From positions 3,776,001-3,840,000 of the forward strand of contig OY969724.1 in assembly GCA_963702205.1 (NCBI GenBank): 64,000 bases of DNA, read 5' to 3'. Below the pieces are notes generated by a model, which worked only from the letters and a program-made list of their open reading frames with translations, did no database searches and was not told the origin of the DNA. The translations under genes and the position numbers were made by a program. The stretch comes from an uncultured candidate division Zixibacteria bacterium. Its GTDB lineage: Bacteria > Zixibacteria > MSB-5A5 > GN15 > PGXB01. Of the stretch, positions 38,544-49,047 are shown piece after piece. Position 1 is the stretch's first letter. The number at the start of each line of letters is the position of its first letter.

Positions 38544-41500
38544 TTATTTCAGAAGCATCATCTTACGGGTTTCGATCATATCTCCCGCCTGCAAACGGTA
38601 AAAATATACTCCGGTTGCTACCGGATGGCCCGCGCCGTCCGTCCCGTTCCAGCTAACCTCATGCGGACCAGCCGCTTGCGTCTCGTCGAGCAGGGTCCTA
38701 ACCCGCCGCCCGAGAATGTCATAGACGGCAATCTCAACGTCTGATCGGCTCGGCAGAGTATAATTTATAACCGTGGTCGGATTGAACGGATTGGGATAAT
38801 TCTGCTTCAATACAAAATCCTGTGGCACCACCGGAACATCTTCATCAGACCCGGTCGGCACGCATGGTATCTCCGGCAGCGTTCCCGAAAACGACCGATC
38901 ATAACGCCAGGCCGGGGCGAATGCCTTGCACGGATTATACGGCACACCGGGGAAACTGACGAATTCCAGCGACATATCGGCCGAAGTAAGGATCATATCG
39001 GCCGTCCCGTCTTTATCGATATCACCCAGCATGGGGACAAAACGGTAGTACGATGTCTCTATCCCGGCGGCCGAGACAATCGGGAAATCCCTGATGACGT
39101 CGGCCTTATTGTTCCAGGCATAGACACGGTGCACCCGAAATGTCAGAAAAGCGTCGTTATTGGCGCAGGCCAGAATATCCGATGAACCGTCACCGTCGAT
39201 ATCGACAATGTCCGGCATATTCATCAAAGATATCTGCGGCGTCTTGGCGAAAAAGCCGTTGGGGCTTCCCGGAAGAAACGAACTGCCGTCGATGTTCCAG
39301 ACGAACATATAGCTGTAATCGAGATCAAAATACCCGCTGGCGTATTCCATATTGCCGTCGTTGTCTATGTCACCGAAGACCGGTACCGTCGGTGCGATAA
39401 AATCATTCATGCCCATATCGTGCGGCCAGCCATCCTTGAGACGTAGCCCGTCATCAAAGGCGTACAGGTAATGCCCAAGGTCGCGATACAGCCCCATAAC
39501 TATCAATTCCGTTTTACCATCGTTGTCGATATCGACCGCAGTTAAACCCCGGCAATCAAAAGCGCTGCCGTTGTCCGATATTATCAGGCTGTCCACCGTA
39601 CTACCGGTAACCGGATCGACCTGCCGCAAAAGCCCGTAATAGCGCGGCATGGTGTACAGCTCATCCATACCGTCCCCGTTAAGGTCCGCCGGTTGGTACT
39701 CCATGACGTGCTCGAAGCGGTGCCGCAGGGTACCGTCGGAATCGAACAGAAGTGCTGTGGGCGTCGTGTTATCGGGCATGACGACGTGGATTTCGTCCCG
39801 ATGGTCCCCGTCGATGTCTTTCAAAAATACCTTTGGAAACATATGCTCGGTATTGCCGGAAAAATAACCGACCGTCGGGTACATCCCCAGGTGATTGACA
39901 AACGGCGGGGCACTCGACGGATACCCGTATATAAACGGCGGATCGACCCCCATAAGTACGATGTCATCGCGCCCGTCATTGTCCAGATTGCCGACCGCCG
40001 CCGGAATGATAAAATTATTGTCCGGGAAATCGGGAATTCCTTCGGTTTTGGCCGTACCATCGAGATTGAACACCTTAATACCGAGTTCCGTGCCGACAAT
40101 TATTTCATTGACTCCGTCGCCGTCGAGGTCGGCGTAGGTCGGCGTAATCGCCGGACGTCCCGGCAGGGACACTTTCCACGCCCGATCGGTCGCGAATATC
40201 GACCGATGCCGCACCAGCACCGTATCGGCTCGTACCAGTCCGGCATGAGAAAATACCGACAGCTTCAGTTGATATACGTTTTCCGTGTTATCGTACAACA
40301 ACCAATAAGCCATATTATCGTCAAAGACCGGCTGGGTCAACAGGGCGACCTCTTCCCAAACGGCACCGGACGTATCAACCAGCGATTCCAGCGAGGCGTA
40401 CGAATAATCCTGGCAATAGGCTGCACCGATAACACCGGTCAGAGTGCCGACGACACCATTGCTTTCCGGTGAATCTATTCTCGCCGCGATATCATTGACC
40501 ACGAAAACCGTAACGTCCGAAGTATTAAAACTACCGACCCGCATCCTGATCGTATACACCCCGTTAAGACCTTCCGTATGCCAGATGGCATTCGGTTCGA
40601 TCTTGCCCGGAATCTCACCGTCGGCGATCGGATACCAAACCGTCGGATTGGCACCTTCCCCGTACTCTATATTCCAGAACGACTGCCCGTGCGTCTCGGC
40701 CAGTCCGACCACGTCAATCGTGCCCGATACCACCTCATTTCGATACGGATAGGTAATTTCTGCCGTCGCACGCGGGGTCTGGTCCAATGCCTGCTTGAGA
40801 TCGATCCGACCGTACCCGCTGTACTTATCCCAACCGGGCAGGTTCCAGCCGATACCGTACGGGTCAACTATATCTTTGGCGGTACCCTTGATAATCTCCT
40901 CGATTTTATCCACGTTCAATCCCGGAGAAACGGATCGTATATATGCCGCCTCGCCGACCACGTGGGGACAGGCCATGCTCGTCCCCGAAGCCAGATAATA
41001 AATGCTGTCGACAATGTGCGTCCCGGCTTCGTTCGACTCGGCGTACATATCGGTATGGCTCGCCCGAAGGGACAACACGCTGTACCCCGGCGCGGCCACG
41101 TCGATTATATCCGCGAACGTGGAAAAGGTCGTGACCAAATCGGAATCGTTGGTGGCGGCGACCGCAATCGTCAGCGGTGATTCGGCCGGGTAATTGTACT
41201 GCTCGCGTCCGTCATTGCCCGATGCGGCGCATAGAACGACTCCCTTGGCGCGGGCGTACACGAACGCTTCGCCGATCAGGTCGCTGGGATAGGCCAGCCC
41301 AAAACTCATATTGATTACATCCGCGCCGTTATCGGCGGCATAGATAATGCCCTCGGCAATTATTGATGCCAGCGGCAACGGGTCGATCTTCAACGCCATA
41401 ATTTTGCAGTCCACGGCGACCCCGGCCACGCCCTCCATATTGTTCGTGACGGCCGCCACGATTCCCGCGCAGTGCGTCCCGTGACCATGCTCGTCGGTCG

Positions 41501-42275
41501 GATCATTGTCACCGTGAGTGAAATCTTCGGTGCTCCCCGCAAAATCCCAGCCGTTGATATCGTCAACATATCCGTTATTATCATCGTCAAGCCCGTTGTC
41601 GGGAATCTCGCGCGGGTTGACCCATATATTCGCCGCCAGGTCGGGATGTTTCATATCGACACCGGTATCGAGAATGGCCGCGACCGCCGTCCGAGTCCCA
41701 TCAGGCGGTACCTCGAAAACCTCATCGGCGTCGATATCCGCGCCATCCACGCCGGTGGTCATAATAAGAGAATCATTATTGTTGCCTGGGATACGTTTGA
41801 CCTTAAAATGCTCCTGCCCGACGTTGTGCAAATTCCACTGGTACAAATACAGCGGATCATCGGGAGCGCCATAAAACTCCGCCATATAATCCGGCTCGGC
41901 GTACTCCACTTCCGGATCATCGGCCAGAGCTCTGGCAATGTCTCCGGCGTCGGAACCTTTCGGCACGGTCATTATTTGTACACCCGAAAATGCCTTCGAC
42001 GACTCAACCATCTGCCGACTCGAAAATAACGGGTCCATCTTTTCGATTTTGTATTGCTCGATGATCCGGTCGACCGATCCGATTCCGGTTGCCAACGCTT
42101 TACCGGAACCGCCCGATCGCGACAGTTTTTCAGGCGATTTGAATTTGACTATAATCCGATCCGGCTGATAGCTCGATGATTTTTCGGACCTATTGGGCGC
42201 ATACAGCCCGAACGCCTGAGAGCAGAAAAGCGCAACCATGACGGTTAGTGCAAAAAAACATATCTTAAGTTTCAT
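38544..42275 (-). CDS. Secreted S8 subtilase with FG-GAP/VCBS repeats and FlgD-Ig/T9SS-type C-terminal domain
   Basis: Triad motifs 'ILDTG', 'HGTHCAG', 'SGTSMACP'; DxDGDG repeats; 'QNYPNPFNPTT...TRKMMLLK'. Confidence 0.9.
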   Translation of the reverse strand: MKLKICFFALTVMVALFCSQAFGLYAPNRSEKSSSYQPDRIIVKFKSPEKLSRSGGSGKALATGIGSVDRIIEQYKIEKMDPLFSSRQMVESSKAFSGVQIMTVPKGSDAGDIARALADDPEVEYAEPDYMAEFYGAPDDPLYLYQWNLHNVGQEHFKVKRIPGNNNDSLIMTTGVDGADIDADEVFEVPPDGTRTAVAAILDTGVDMKHPDLAANIWVNPREIPDNGLDDDNNGYVDDINGWDFAGSTEDFTHGDNDPTDEHGHGTHCAGIVAAVTNNMEGVAGVAVDCKIMALKIDPLPLASIIAEGIIYAADNGADVINMSFGLAYPSDLIGEAFVYARAKGVVLCAASGNDGREQYNYPAESPLTIAVAATNDSDLVTTFSTFADIIDVAAPGYSVLSLRASHTDMYAESNEAGTHIVDSIYYLASGTSMACPHVVGEAAYIRSVSPGLNVDKIEEIIKGTAKDIVDPYGIGWNLPGWDKYSGYGRIDLKQALDQTPRATAEITYPYRNEVVSGTIDVVGLAETHGQSFWNIEYGEGANPTVWYPIADGEIPGKIEPNAIWHTEGLNGVYTIRMRVGSFNTSDVTVFVVNDIAARIDSPESNGVVGTLTGVIGAAYCQDYSYASLESLVDTSGAVWEEVALLTQPVFDDNMAYWLLYDNTENVYQLKLSVFSHAGLVRADTVLVRHRSIFATDRAWKVSLPGRPAITPTYADLDGDGVNEIIVGTELGIKVFNLDGTAKTEGIPDFPDNNFIIPAAVGNLDNDGRDDIVLMGVDPPFIYGYPSSAPPFVNHLGMYPTVGYFSGNTEHMFPKVFLKDIDGDHRDEIHVVMPDNTTPTALLFDSDGTLRHRFEHVMEYQPADLNGDGMDELYTMPRYYGLLRQVDPVTGSTVDSLIISDNGSAFDCRGLTAVDIDNDGKTELIVMGLYRDLGHYLYAFDDGLRLKDGWPHDMGMNDFIAPTVPVFGDIDNDGNMEYASGYFDLDYSYMFVWNIDGSSFLPGSPNGFFAKTPQISLMNMPDIVDIDGDGSSDILACANNDAFLTFRVHRVYAWNNKADVIRDFPIVSAAGIETSYYRFVPMLGDIDKDGTADMILTSADMSLEFVSFPGVPYNPCKAFAPAWRYDRSFSGTLPEIPCVPTGSDEDVPVVPQDFVLKQNYPNPFNPTTVINYTLPSRSDVEIAVYDILGRRVRTLLDETQAAGPHEVSWNGTDGAGHPVATGVYFYRLQAGDMIETRKMMLLK

Positions 42276-42430
42276 TCATTATCTCCGGTCAGTGCCCCGA
42301 CGGGGCGGTTGGCATATATCGCATCGACTGGGCAAAACCAAATCCTTCGTTTATTGGCATTTGATATCTATAATCTACTCAAAAGTCGAAATCTGGCAAG
42401 ACTCTTTCTTTGTCGATTGGGATATATATT

Positions 42431-45007
42431 CTATTTTAGAAGAACCATTTTGCGCGTCTGGACGCCATCGCCCGCTTTCAGACGATAAAAGTATATGCCC
42501 GAAGCCGCCGCCCGACCGCTGCCGGTTCGTCCGTCCCAGGTGACACTGTAGCTTCCGGCGGGCAGTTCCTTATCGACCAGCATATTTATCCTCCGCCCGA
42601 GAATATTGAAAATCTCCAGCGCCACCGACGATCTCACCGCCAGTGAAAATTTTATGGTCGTCGTCGGGTTAAATGGGTTGGGATAATTCTGGCCGAGGAC
42701 GAATTTATTGGGCAGTACGTTTGGCTCATCCGGCACATCGGTCGGCAGCGCCGACTTTGAAACCAGACGAATCGTCTTGAGCAGTTCCCCCGATGCCCAG
42801 TCATAGACGAACAAACGCTCGTCGAAACTTCCTTCGCGGTACGGGTAAAAATTGACCGCTATCGTCTGACGATCCAAATCGACGAATTTCAATGCCGACG
42901 TCGTTACCCGGAACGCCTGCGGATCGCTCGTTATCAGAGTCAATTGCGATGGGCTATCGGCGAACGCTTCGAAGGCCAGACTCTGAGATGAGGACCCGCC
43001 AACCGCCACCGGCTGGAAACGAATCGAATCGGGCTCGCCGTTATGGTTTATGAACTGCCCCTCGAACGACAAGACTCCCTCATCGTTTATGGCCGACAAA
43101 TCCCGTCCGCAGCACAGCGCCAGCCAGGCACAATACATGGCATCTACCGAATCGGCCTGATTGACGAACTTTAACGTATCGTAGTACGGTTCCGCGTCCG
43201 ATTCGTTATCCCCGCTGTAATCCGAACTGAATATGGTCAGAATTTCTCTTCCACCAAGATCGACATAGTCACCGGGCCCCCATGTGCTATCGAACACATT
43301 GGACCCTTCCCATTCCAAAAAGGCGGCGTTGACCTGACGGCCGTTATCGACGTCCCAGACCGTAAACGGCACCTCACGATACCCGCCATAGCTGTATTCA
43401 CCGTCCAGACCCTTGACATATCTATAGGCCCGCTGCCGTCTGACATTGGAAAAACGAACTTCAACCGAATTGAAAAAATCCGGCACCACTACCGGATCGA
43501 GCGCGCTGCCGTACAGGTTCAAAGCATAATCCACGCCGCCGTAATAGTACGCCCCGCCCCAGTTGACGCCGGTCAGCCAGCGTGATTTAATCGGTGAATA
43601 CCTCACGTTATACAACCCCCCGAAATTCTCTATTAGTACTTTTACCGAATCGGCCCGGGCGTACTGCACCGTATCCGGGACGGTATCGATCGGGATGGTC
43701 TTGTCCAGAATATTGCGCAGCCGTGACAGTGAATACAGACGGTCGTCCTCGGCAAAGGCCCCGATCTTAAATTCCACCTGCTGGCTGTCACCGGGAGCGA
43801 ACGTCAGCGGCCCGAAACTGACCAGAATTCTCTGATCGTGATTTTCCGTATCGACCCAGCCCGTACGGCTGACCGCATCCCCGGGAGCAAAGTAAGTAAT
43901 CGTATCACCGCCGACCGGGTCGATATAGGGCTGTCCGGTTGATCCATCGACGCCCCGGACGTACCTAAATAGTTTTTCCGGTGAATCCGGCTCGGTGCCG
44001 TTGATAAATCTCGAAAATGCCGTCATCCCGATATTTTTATAATCCGAGATCGTTTTGCCCGCGAAAACCCCGGTACTCCCCGGCGATGGCACGAGCGGCC
44101 CCGAAAGCACCCGACCGCCCCAGGCGGGAGTAACGGCTCCGTACTCGGCGTCGTCATCGGTTCCGTTATACGCATAAAACAAACCGTGCAGGGTATCACA
44201 TCCGACCAGATCATCATTGGGGCCGCCCAGATCGGGGTCGGCAAAAAACGTAATATACAAACTATCGATTGAATTGCTGCCCCTGTTATAAAGCTTGTAC
44301 CGTAAATAGAAAACATTATCTTCTTCTTCGCTCGTACTGTCCGCCCATACCAGTTGCTGTACGTCGATACCCAGAGGTGCCGTTCCCCCGCCATAGTAAT
44401 TGGTGTGAAGTGATTGATTATTATCGTTAAATACCGACCACAGCGTCTGCGCGCCCATCAGCATCGGATTGCCCGACTCATCGACCGTGGCTCCGAGCTG
44501 CGACGGCCAGTCGTCAAAATCGGGATCGCCCGGTCCGGACGTGTTGTCGATTTTGAACACTCTTTCCCCACCCGGCGAACCGTCCATCGAACCGGCCGCG
44601 AATTCCGGACGATCGTACGCCGCCACCGCCGTCCGCAGCTGACCGTCGACTTTCCCGGCCAGAATCAAACCAGCGGCGTACACCAGCGTTTTGTTGCCTG
44701 GTGTCTGGTGCAATCCCGCCGTATCACCGGCAAATGGATAGTAAAATCCGGCCGCCCGATCAAACAGGCGGGTATGGTCCATCGCAATCGTCCCGGAGTT
44801 GGTGACAAATGAAAATATCCGGTTGGCATCGATAAATTTGGTCAGATCATAATCGGCCGTGCTCAATAATTTTTCGCCGTAGTCCAGACGCCGAGGTGGA
44901 AGAGCCGGCGACGCCGAGACCAATATCATTAGAAGTAATACCAGCGACCCGAACATCGATCTAAACGCCCGCAAGCCAATTGATCTGTATGTTATATGAA
45001 GGTTCAT
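42431..45007 (-). CDS. Secreted protein of unknown function with FlgD-Ig/T9SS-type C-terminal domain
   Basis: Signal peptide, 'DPDLGGPNDDLVGCD', 'QNYPNPFNPTT...TRKMVLLK'. Confidence 0.8.
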   Translation of the reverse strand: MNLHITYRSIGLRAFRSMFGSLVLLLMILVSASPALPPRRLDYGEKLLSTADYDLTKFIDANRIFSFVTNSGTIAMDHTRLFDRAAGFYYPFAGDTAGLHQTPGNKTLVYAAGLILAGKVDGQLRTAVAAYDRPEFAAGSMDGSPGGERVFKIDNTSGPGDPDFDDWPSQLGATVDESGNPMLMGAQTLWSVFNDNNQSLHTNYYGGGTAPLGIDVQQLVWADSTSEEEDNVFYLRYKLYNRGSNSIDSLYITFFADPDLGGPNDDLVGCDTLHGLFYAYNGTDDDAEYGAVTPAWGGRVLSGPLVPSPGSTGVFAGKTISDYKNIGMTAFSRFINGTEPDSPEKLFRYVRGVDGSTGQPYIDPVGGDTITYFAPGDAVSRTGWVDTENHDQRILVSFGPLTFAPGDSQQVEFKIGAFAEDDRLYSLSRLRNILDKTIPIDTVPDTVQYARADSVKVLIENFGGLYNVRYSPIKSRWLTGVNWGGAYYYGGVDYALNLYGSALDPVVVPDFFNSVEVRFSNVRRQRAYRYVKGLDGEYSYGGYREVPFTVWDVDNGRQVNAAFLEWEGSNVFDSTWGPGDYVDLGGREILTIFSSDYSGDNESDAEPYYDTLKFVNQADSVDAMYCAWLALCCGRDLSAINDEGVLSFEGQFINHNGEPDSIRFQPVAVGGSSSQSLAFEAFADSPSQLTLITSDPQAFRVTTSALKFVDLDRQTIAVNFYPYREGSFDERLFVYDWASGELLKTIRLVSKSALPTDVPDEPNVLPNKFVLGQNYPNPFNPTTTIKFSLAVRSSVALEIFNILGRRINMLVDKELPAGSYSVTWDGRTGSGRAAASGIYFYRLKAGDGVQTRKMVLLK

Positions 45008-48000
45008 TTCAGCAAAATCATTTTCTTTACGGCGTTTTGATCCCCGGCGTTCAAGCGGTACAAATAAATCCCCGACGCCAGCATATTGCCGGAATCACTC
45101 CGACCGTCGAACTCGACGCTGTGCGTTCCGGCTGATTGGGCTTCGTCGACCAGCGTCCGTACTCGGCGACCGAGCATATTATATATATCCAGCCGGACGT
45201 GCGCCTTCTGCGTTATCGTATAATTTATCGCCGTCGACGGATTGAACGGGTTGGGCATATTTTGAGCGAGACTAAAACCGGCGGGAAGATTTGCATCGCC
45301 GTCATCAACGCCGGTCATAGGTCCGGGTCCGGTAATCGGCCCGACATTATTCAGCTTCCTCGAATAGCGCCATGACGGCACCGGGCATTTGTCGGCATTG
45401 TACTCACTGCCGCTGAAATTTATAAATACCAAAGAACTGTCATCGGTCGGGACAATCAAATCGATAAAACCGTCATTGTTGATATCGCCGACCGTCGGAG
45501 TATAGCGCGATGTGACAAAATCCTTTTCGTTCAGGACTATCGGAAAACGGTCGATCGGTTGCGCCTGATTGTCCCACGCGTACAAACGCTGCGCGGTAAA
45601 CGACGAAAACAGGTCATTATTGGCCCGGGCGACGATATCGGGAGAAAGATCACCGTCGATATCGACCACCAGAGGCATATTCAAAAGGGCCGGGTGCGGA
45701 ACCTTGATAAAATTCCCGTCGGTTCCCTCGGTAATTATCGGCGTCCCGTCGAGACGCCAGGCGAATATAAAACTTTCACTGTAATCGAAGTACGACGTGA
45801 AATACTCCGGTACGTCGTCGCCGTCGATGTCGGCGAAAATCGGCACCGTCGGCGTAAGGTAATCGTCGAGTTCCATATCATGCGGCCAGCCACCCACGAC
45901 CTGCAAGCCATACTTTAAGGCATAAATCACGTTGCCGCCGCCGTCATATGCACCGTTGACGATTAATTCGTGAATCCCGTCACCGTCTATGTCGAAAGCC
46001 GAAAGGCCCCGGCAATTCATCTTAACGCCGTTTTCGATAAAGGCCAGACTGTCCAACACCTGCCCGTCGGCCGCCACCCGGCTCAAATATCCCGAACCGT
46101 TTCTGTAGATATAAAACTCATCGGATTTGTCTCCGTTCAGATCGCACGACAGGTAATCGGAGACTTTGGATATGTCTCCCAGTACATCGCCATTCGCGTC
46201 GAAAATATAAACGTGCGACTTGGAACCGTTGTACAGGAACACATGAATTTCATCGGACCCATCGCCATCGATATCTTTGAAAAACACCTTTGAAATAACC
46301 CCTTCCGATATCAGGACATTTCCCGAGATAAGGGTATCCGGTAAAGAATAATCGAATGTCGGTCCCGCGCTCGAAAAGAAGGACAACGTGGGTGGATCGT
46401 ACCCCAGGGCCGCGATATCATCGATTCCGTCGCCGTTGGCATCGCCCACGGCCACCGGCACCTGGTACGTGTTTTCCGGGAAGCTGGGCATGCCCGATGA
46501 TTTCATCGTACCATCCGGCGATAGAAACACGATCCCGGCATCGGTCCCGACAATAATTTCGTTGACCCCATCGCCGTCGTAATCACCGTAACTGGCAATG
46601 GCCGATGGCAGCCCCGGCAGGTGGACCTTCCATGCATCCTGGGTGGACAGAATCGACTCGACCGTCACCGTAACCGTATCGGACAATTCGAGGCCCGTCG
46701 CCGTGAACAGAGTCAACCGCACACTGAAGACGTTACCGTCGTCGATATTGATGTACCAGCTTTTCAGAATATCACTATACGTTGGGGTCACTATATCGGC
46801 CAGCTTGATCCACTGCGACGGCTCCTCACCGGCGCCGTAGTCCAGCACGGCCCGGTCGAATTCGGGGCCGTAGACGCTACCGCGAATATCGATAATTTGC
46901 GGGACGATCTCGCCGTCTTTCGGCGCTTCGATAGTACAGACGTTGTCACCGATTACATGGACTACCACAAACGTTTTATTATCCGGGTCAACCGTCAGCC
47001 TGAGCGTATAGATTCCCGCCGGCAGCCCGTCGGTGTGCCAGACCGCCAGGACGCCATCGGTCACCGGGTCGGGCGAACTTGCGATCTCCGTCCACAACTC
47101 CGGGGCGTATCCCTGGCCGAAACTCAACTGGTAGCCCGAAAAACCACTCCCATTTGCCGATCCCGTTATTTCGAAATCGCCGTTGACTATCAGATGCGCC
47201 GCAGGTGACGTTATTTTCGCAACGATATCGGGAGTCTCTGACACCGCCGTCGCCAGATTCAACCGCCCGTGACCACTGTATATATCAAAACCGGGAAGAT
47301 TCTGGCCGTTCCCGTACGGATCAACTATATCATCGGCAGCGTTATTCAAAATATCCCGGACGGCTTCAGGCAGCAAACCGGGCGATTTGGACTTGAGCCA
47401 TGCCGCTGCCGCCACTACGTGCGGGCAGGACATGCTCGTCCCGGAAGATATATAGTACAGACTGTCGATTATGTGCACACCGGGTTCGGCCGACGGCGGC
47501 TCGCCGTACATATCGGTGCCTACGGCGCGCAGGGACAGAATCGCCTCGCCGGGCGCACACAAATCAACGTGGTCCCCGTACGTGGAAAACACCGTGACCC
47601 GGTCGGAATCATTCATCGCCCCGATCGCCATCGTCAGCGGCGACCCGGCCGGGTAGTTGACCTCTTCAATACCGGAATTGCCGCTCGCCGCACACAGGAC
47701 CACGCCTTTGTCGTGAGCATATGCCATCGCCGATTCGATAATGAGGCTGCGGTACGGCAGCCCGAAACTCATATTGATGACGTCGGCCCCGTTATCGGCC
47801 GCATAAATTATCGCCCGGGCAATCTTGGACGTCAGCGCCCACGGGTTTATCTTCAATGGCATGATCCGGCACTGCGGTGCGATTCCGGCGATACCAATTT
47901 CGTTTCCCGCGACCGCCGCTATTGTCCCGGCGATATGCGTGCCGTGCCCGAAATTATCCGACGGATCATTGTCCTCAGGTTTGGGAGAACTGTTGCTCGC

Positions 48001-48750
48001 CGAATAATCCCAACCGTGCACGTCGTCTATATAACCGTTATGATCATCGTCTTTGCCGTTGTCCGGAACCTCCCGCGTGTTGGTCCAAACCTGCCCCTGC
48101 AAGTCCGGATGCCGCATGTCGAGGCCGGTATCGATAATGGCCACGACCGCGCGGTGGGTTTCATCGCACGGAAGCACCGGCACGTCGGCCTGATCGATAT
48201 CGGCGTCGTCGAGGCCGTAGCGGATAACCAGTTTGTCATCCCCATTGGCAGGGCCGCGTTCGATGGCATAATGACCCTGACCGTGATTATATAAATTCCA
48301 CAAATGGGGATAAAATTCATCGGTCGGTGTCCCATAAAACGTAACTTTGTAATCGGGTTCGGCCCAGAGTACTTCGTCCAGCTTTTCGTAATCGGCCTTC
48401 ATTTCCGACATCGCCGATTTCTGAGCCGACTGTATAATATAAACCCCGGCCAGGGGATTATTCGCGCCATCTCCATTTGCGCCCGCACATATCGGCGCAA
48501 AACTTTCAACTGAATATTTGATGTTGATCGCGTTCAAGGCCTGATTGGCCGTGGCAACACGACCGTCTTTTTGGGCGACATCGCCGGGTGCCCGACCCGG
48601 ACGAAACTTAATTATAAGACCGTAAGAATCCGGTTCCGATGGCTTCGACGATTGCGGACCGGTATAATACGCCTCGGCCGTCCCGATGCCCAGACTGAAA
48701 AGAAGCAGCAATATTATAGTGGATTTAAAAGGCAGGCGTCTGTCTATCAT
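45004..48750 (-). CDS. Secreted S8 subtilase with FG-GAP/VCBS repeats and FlgD-Ig/T9SS-type C-terminal domain (paralog of 38544-42275)
   Basis: 'IIDTG', 'HGTHIAG', 'SGTSMSCP'; 'QNMPNPFNPST...KKMILLK'. Confidence 0.9.
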   Translation of the reverse strand: MIDRRLPFKSTIILLLLFSLGIGTAEAYYTGPQSSKPSEPDSYGLIIKFRPGRAPGDVAQKDGRVATANQALNAINIKYSVESFAPICAGANGDGANNPLAGVYIIQSAQKSAMSEMKADYEKLDEVLWAEPDYKVTFYGTPTDEFYPHLWNLYNHGQGHYAIERGPANGDDKLVIRYGLDDADIDQADVPVLPCDETHRAVVAIIDTGLDMRHPDLQGQVWTNTREVPDNGKDDDHNGYIDDVHGWDYSASNSSPKPEDNDPSDNFGHGTHIAGTIAAVAGNEIGIAGIAPQCRIMPLKINPWALTSKIARAIIYAADNGADVINMSFGLPYRSLIIESAMAYAHDKGVVLCAASGNSGIEEVNYPAGSPLTMAIGAMNDSDRVTVFSTYGDHVDLCAPGEAILSLRAVGTDMYGEPPSAEPGVHIIDSLYYISSGTSMSCPHVVAAAAWLKSKSPGLLPEAVRDILNNAADDIVDPYGNGQNLPGFDIYSGHGRLNLATAVSETPDIVAKITSPAAHLIVNGDFEITGSANGSGFSGYQLSFGQGYAPELWTEIASSPDPVTDGVLAVWHTDGLPAGIYTLRLTVDPDNKTFVVVHVIGDNVCTIEAPKDGEIVPQIIDIRGSVYGPEFDRAVLDYGAGEEPSQWIKLADIVTPTYSDILKSWYINIDDGNVFSVRLTLFTATGLELSDTVTVTVESILSTQDAWKVHLPGLPSAIASYGDYDGDGVNEIIVGTDAGIVFLSPDGTMKSSGMPSFPENTYQVPVAVGDANGDGIDDIAALGYDPPTLSFFSSAGPTFDYSLPDTLISGNVLISEGVISKVFFKDIDGDGSDEIHVFLYNGSKSHVYIFDANGDVLGDISKVSDYLSCDLNGDKSDEFYIYRNGSGYLSRVAADGQVLDSLAFIENGVKMNCRGLSAFDIDGDGIHELIVNGAYDGGGNVIYALKYGLQVVGGWPHDMELDDYLTPTVPIFADIDGDDVPEYFTSYFDYSESFIFAWRLDGTPIITEGTDGNFIKVPHPALLNMPLVVDIDGDLSPDIVARANNDLFSSFTAQRLYAWDNQAQPIDRFPIVLNEKDFVTSRYTPTVGDINNDGFIDLIVPTDDSSLVFINFSGSEYNADKCPVPSWRYSRKLNNVGPITGPGPMTGVDDGDANLPAGFSLAQNMPNPFNPSTAINYTITQKAHVRLDIYNMLGRRVRTLVDEAQSAGTHSVEFDGRSDSGNMLASGIYLYRLNAGDQNAVKKMILLK

Positions 48751-48897
48751 ATTATTCTTGATCCTATTTTACCCTTATACGGGCAATCGGCGCTGTGAGG
48801 GGACCGTTCGCCATAAATAGGACGAAATTTAATGACATTCGTTTATACTAATACAAGATACGACAAATATTTATATTAACAATATGCTATTTGGAGC

Positions 48898-48925
48898 TTG
48901 ACAAACCGAGCTTTTTTGCTATTAT
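48898..48925 (+). promoter_or_regulatory. Putative sigma70 promoter
   Basis: TTGACA-N16-TATTAT with an extended -10 TG. Confidence 0.55.
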
Positions 48926-49047
48926 AGGGGTGCAAATTCGCTAATGATTTAAAATTAACCACCGTTTCTTCACAGTTGAGGGCTCTTATTATATCCATTT
49001 GTTAAAGAATTGAAAAGAACGTCAATTCTTTATAAGGAGCCTGTTCA

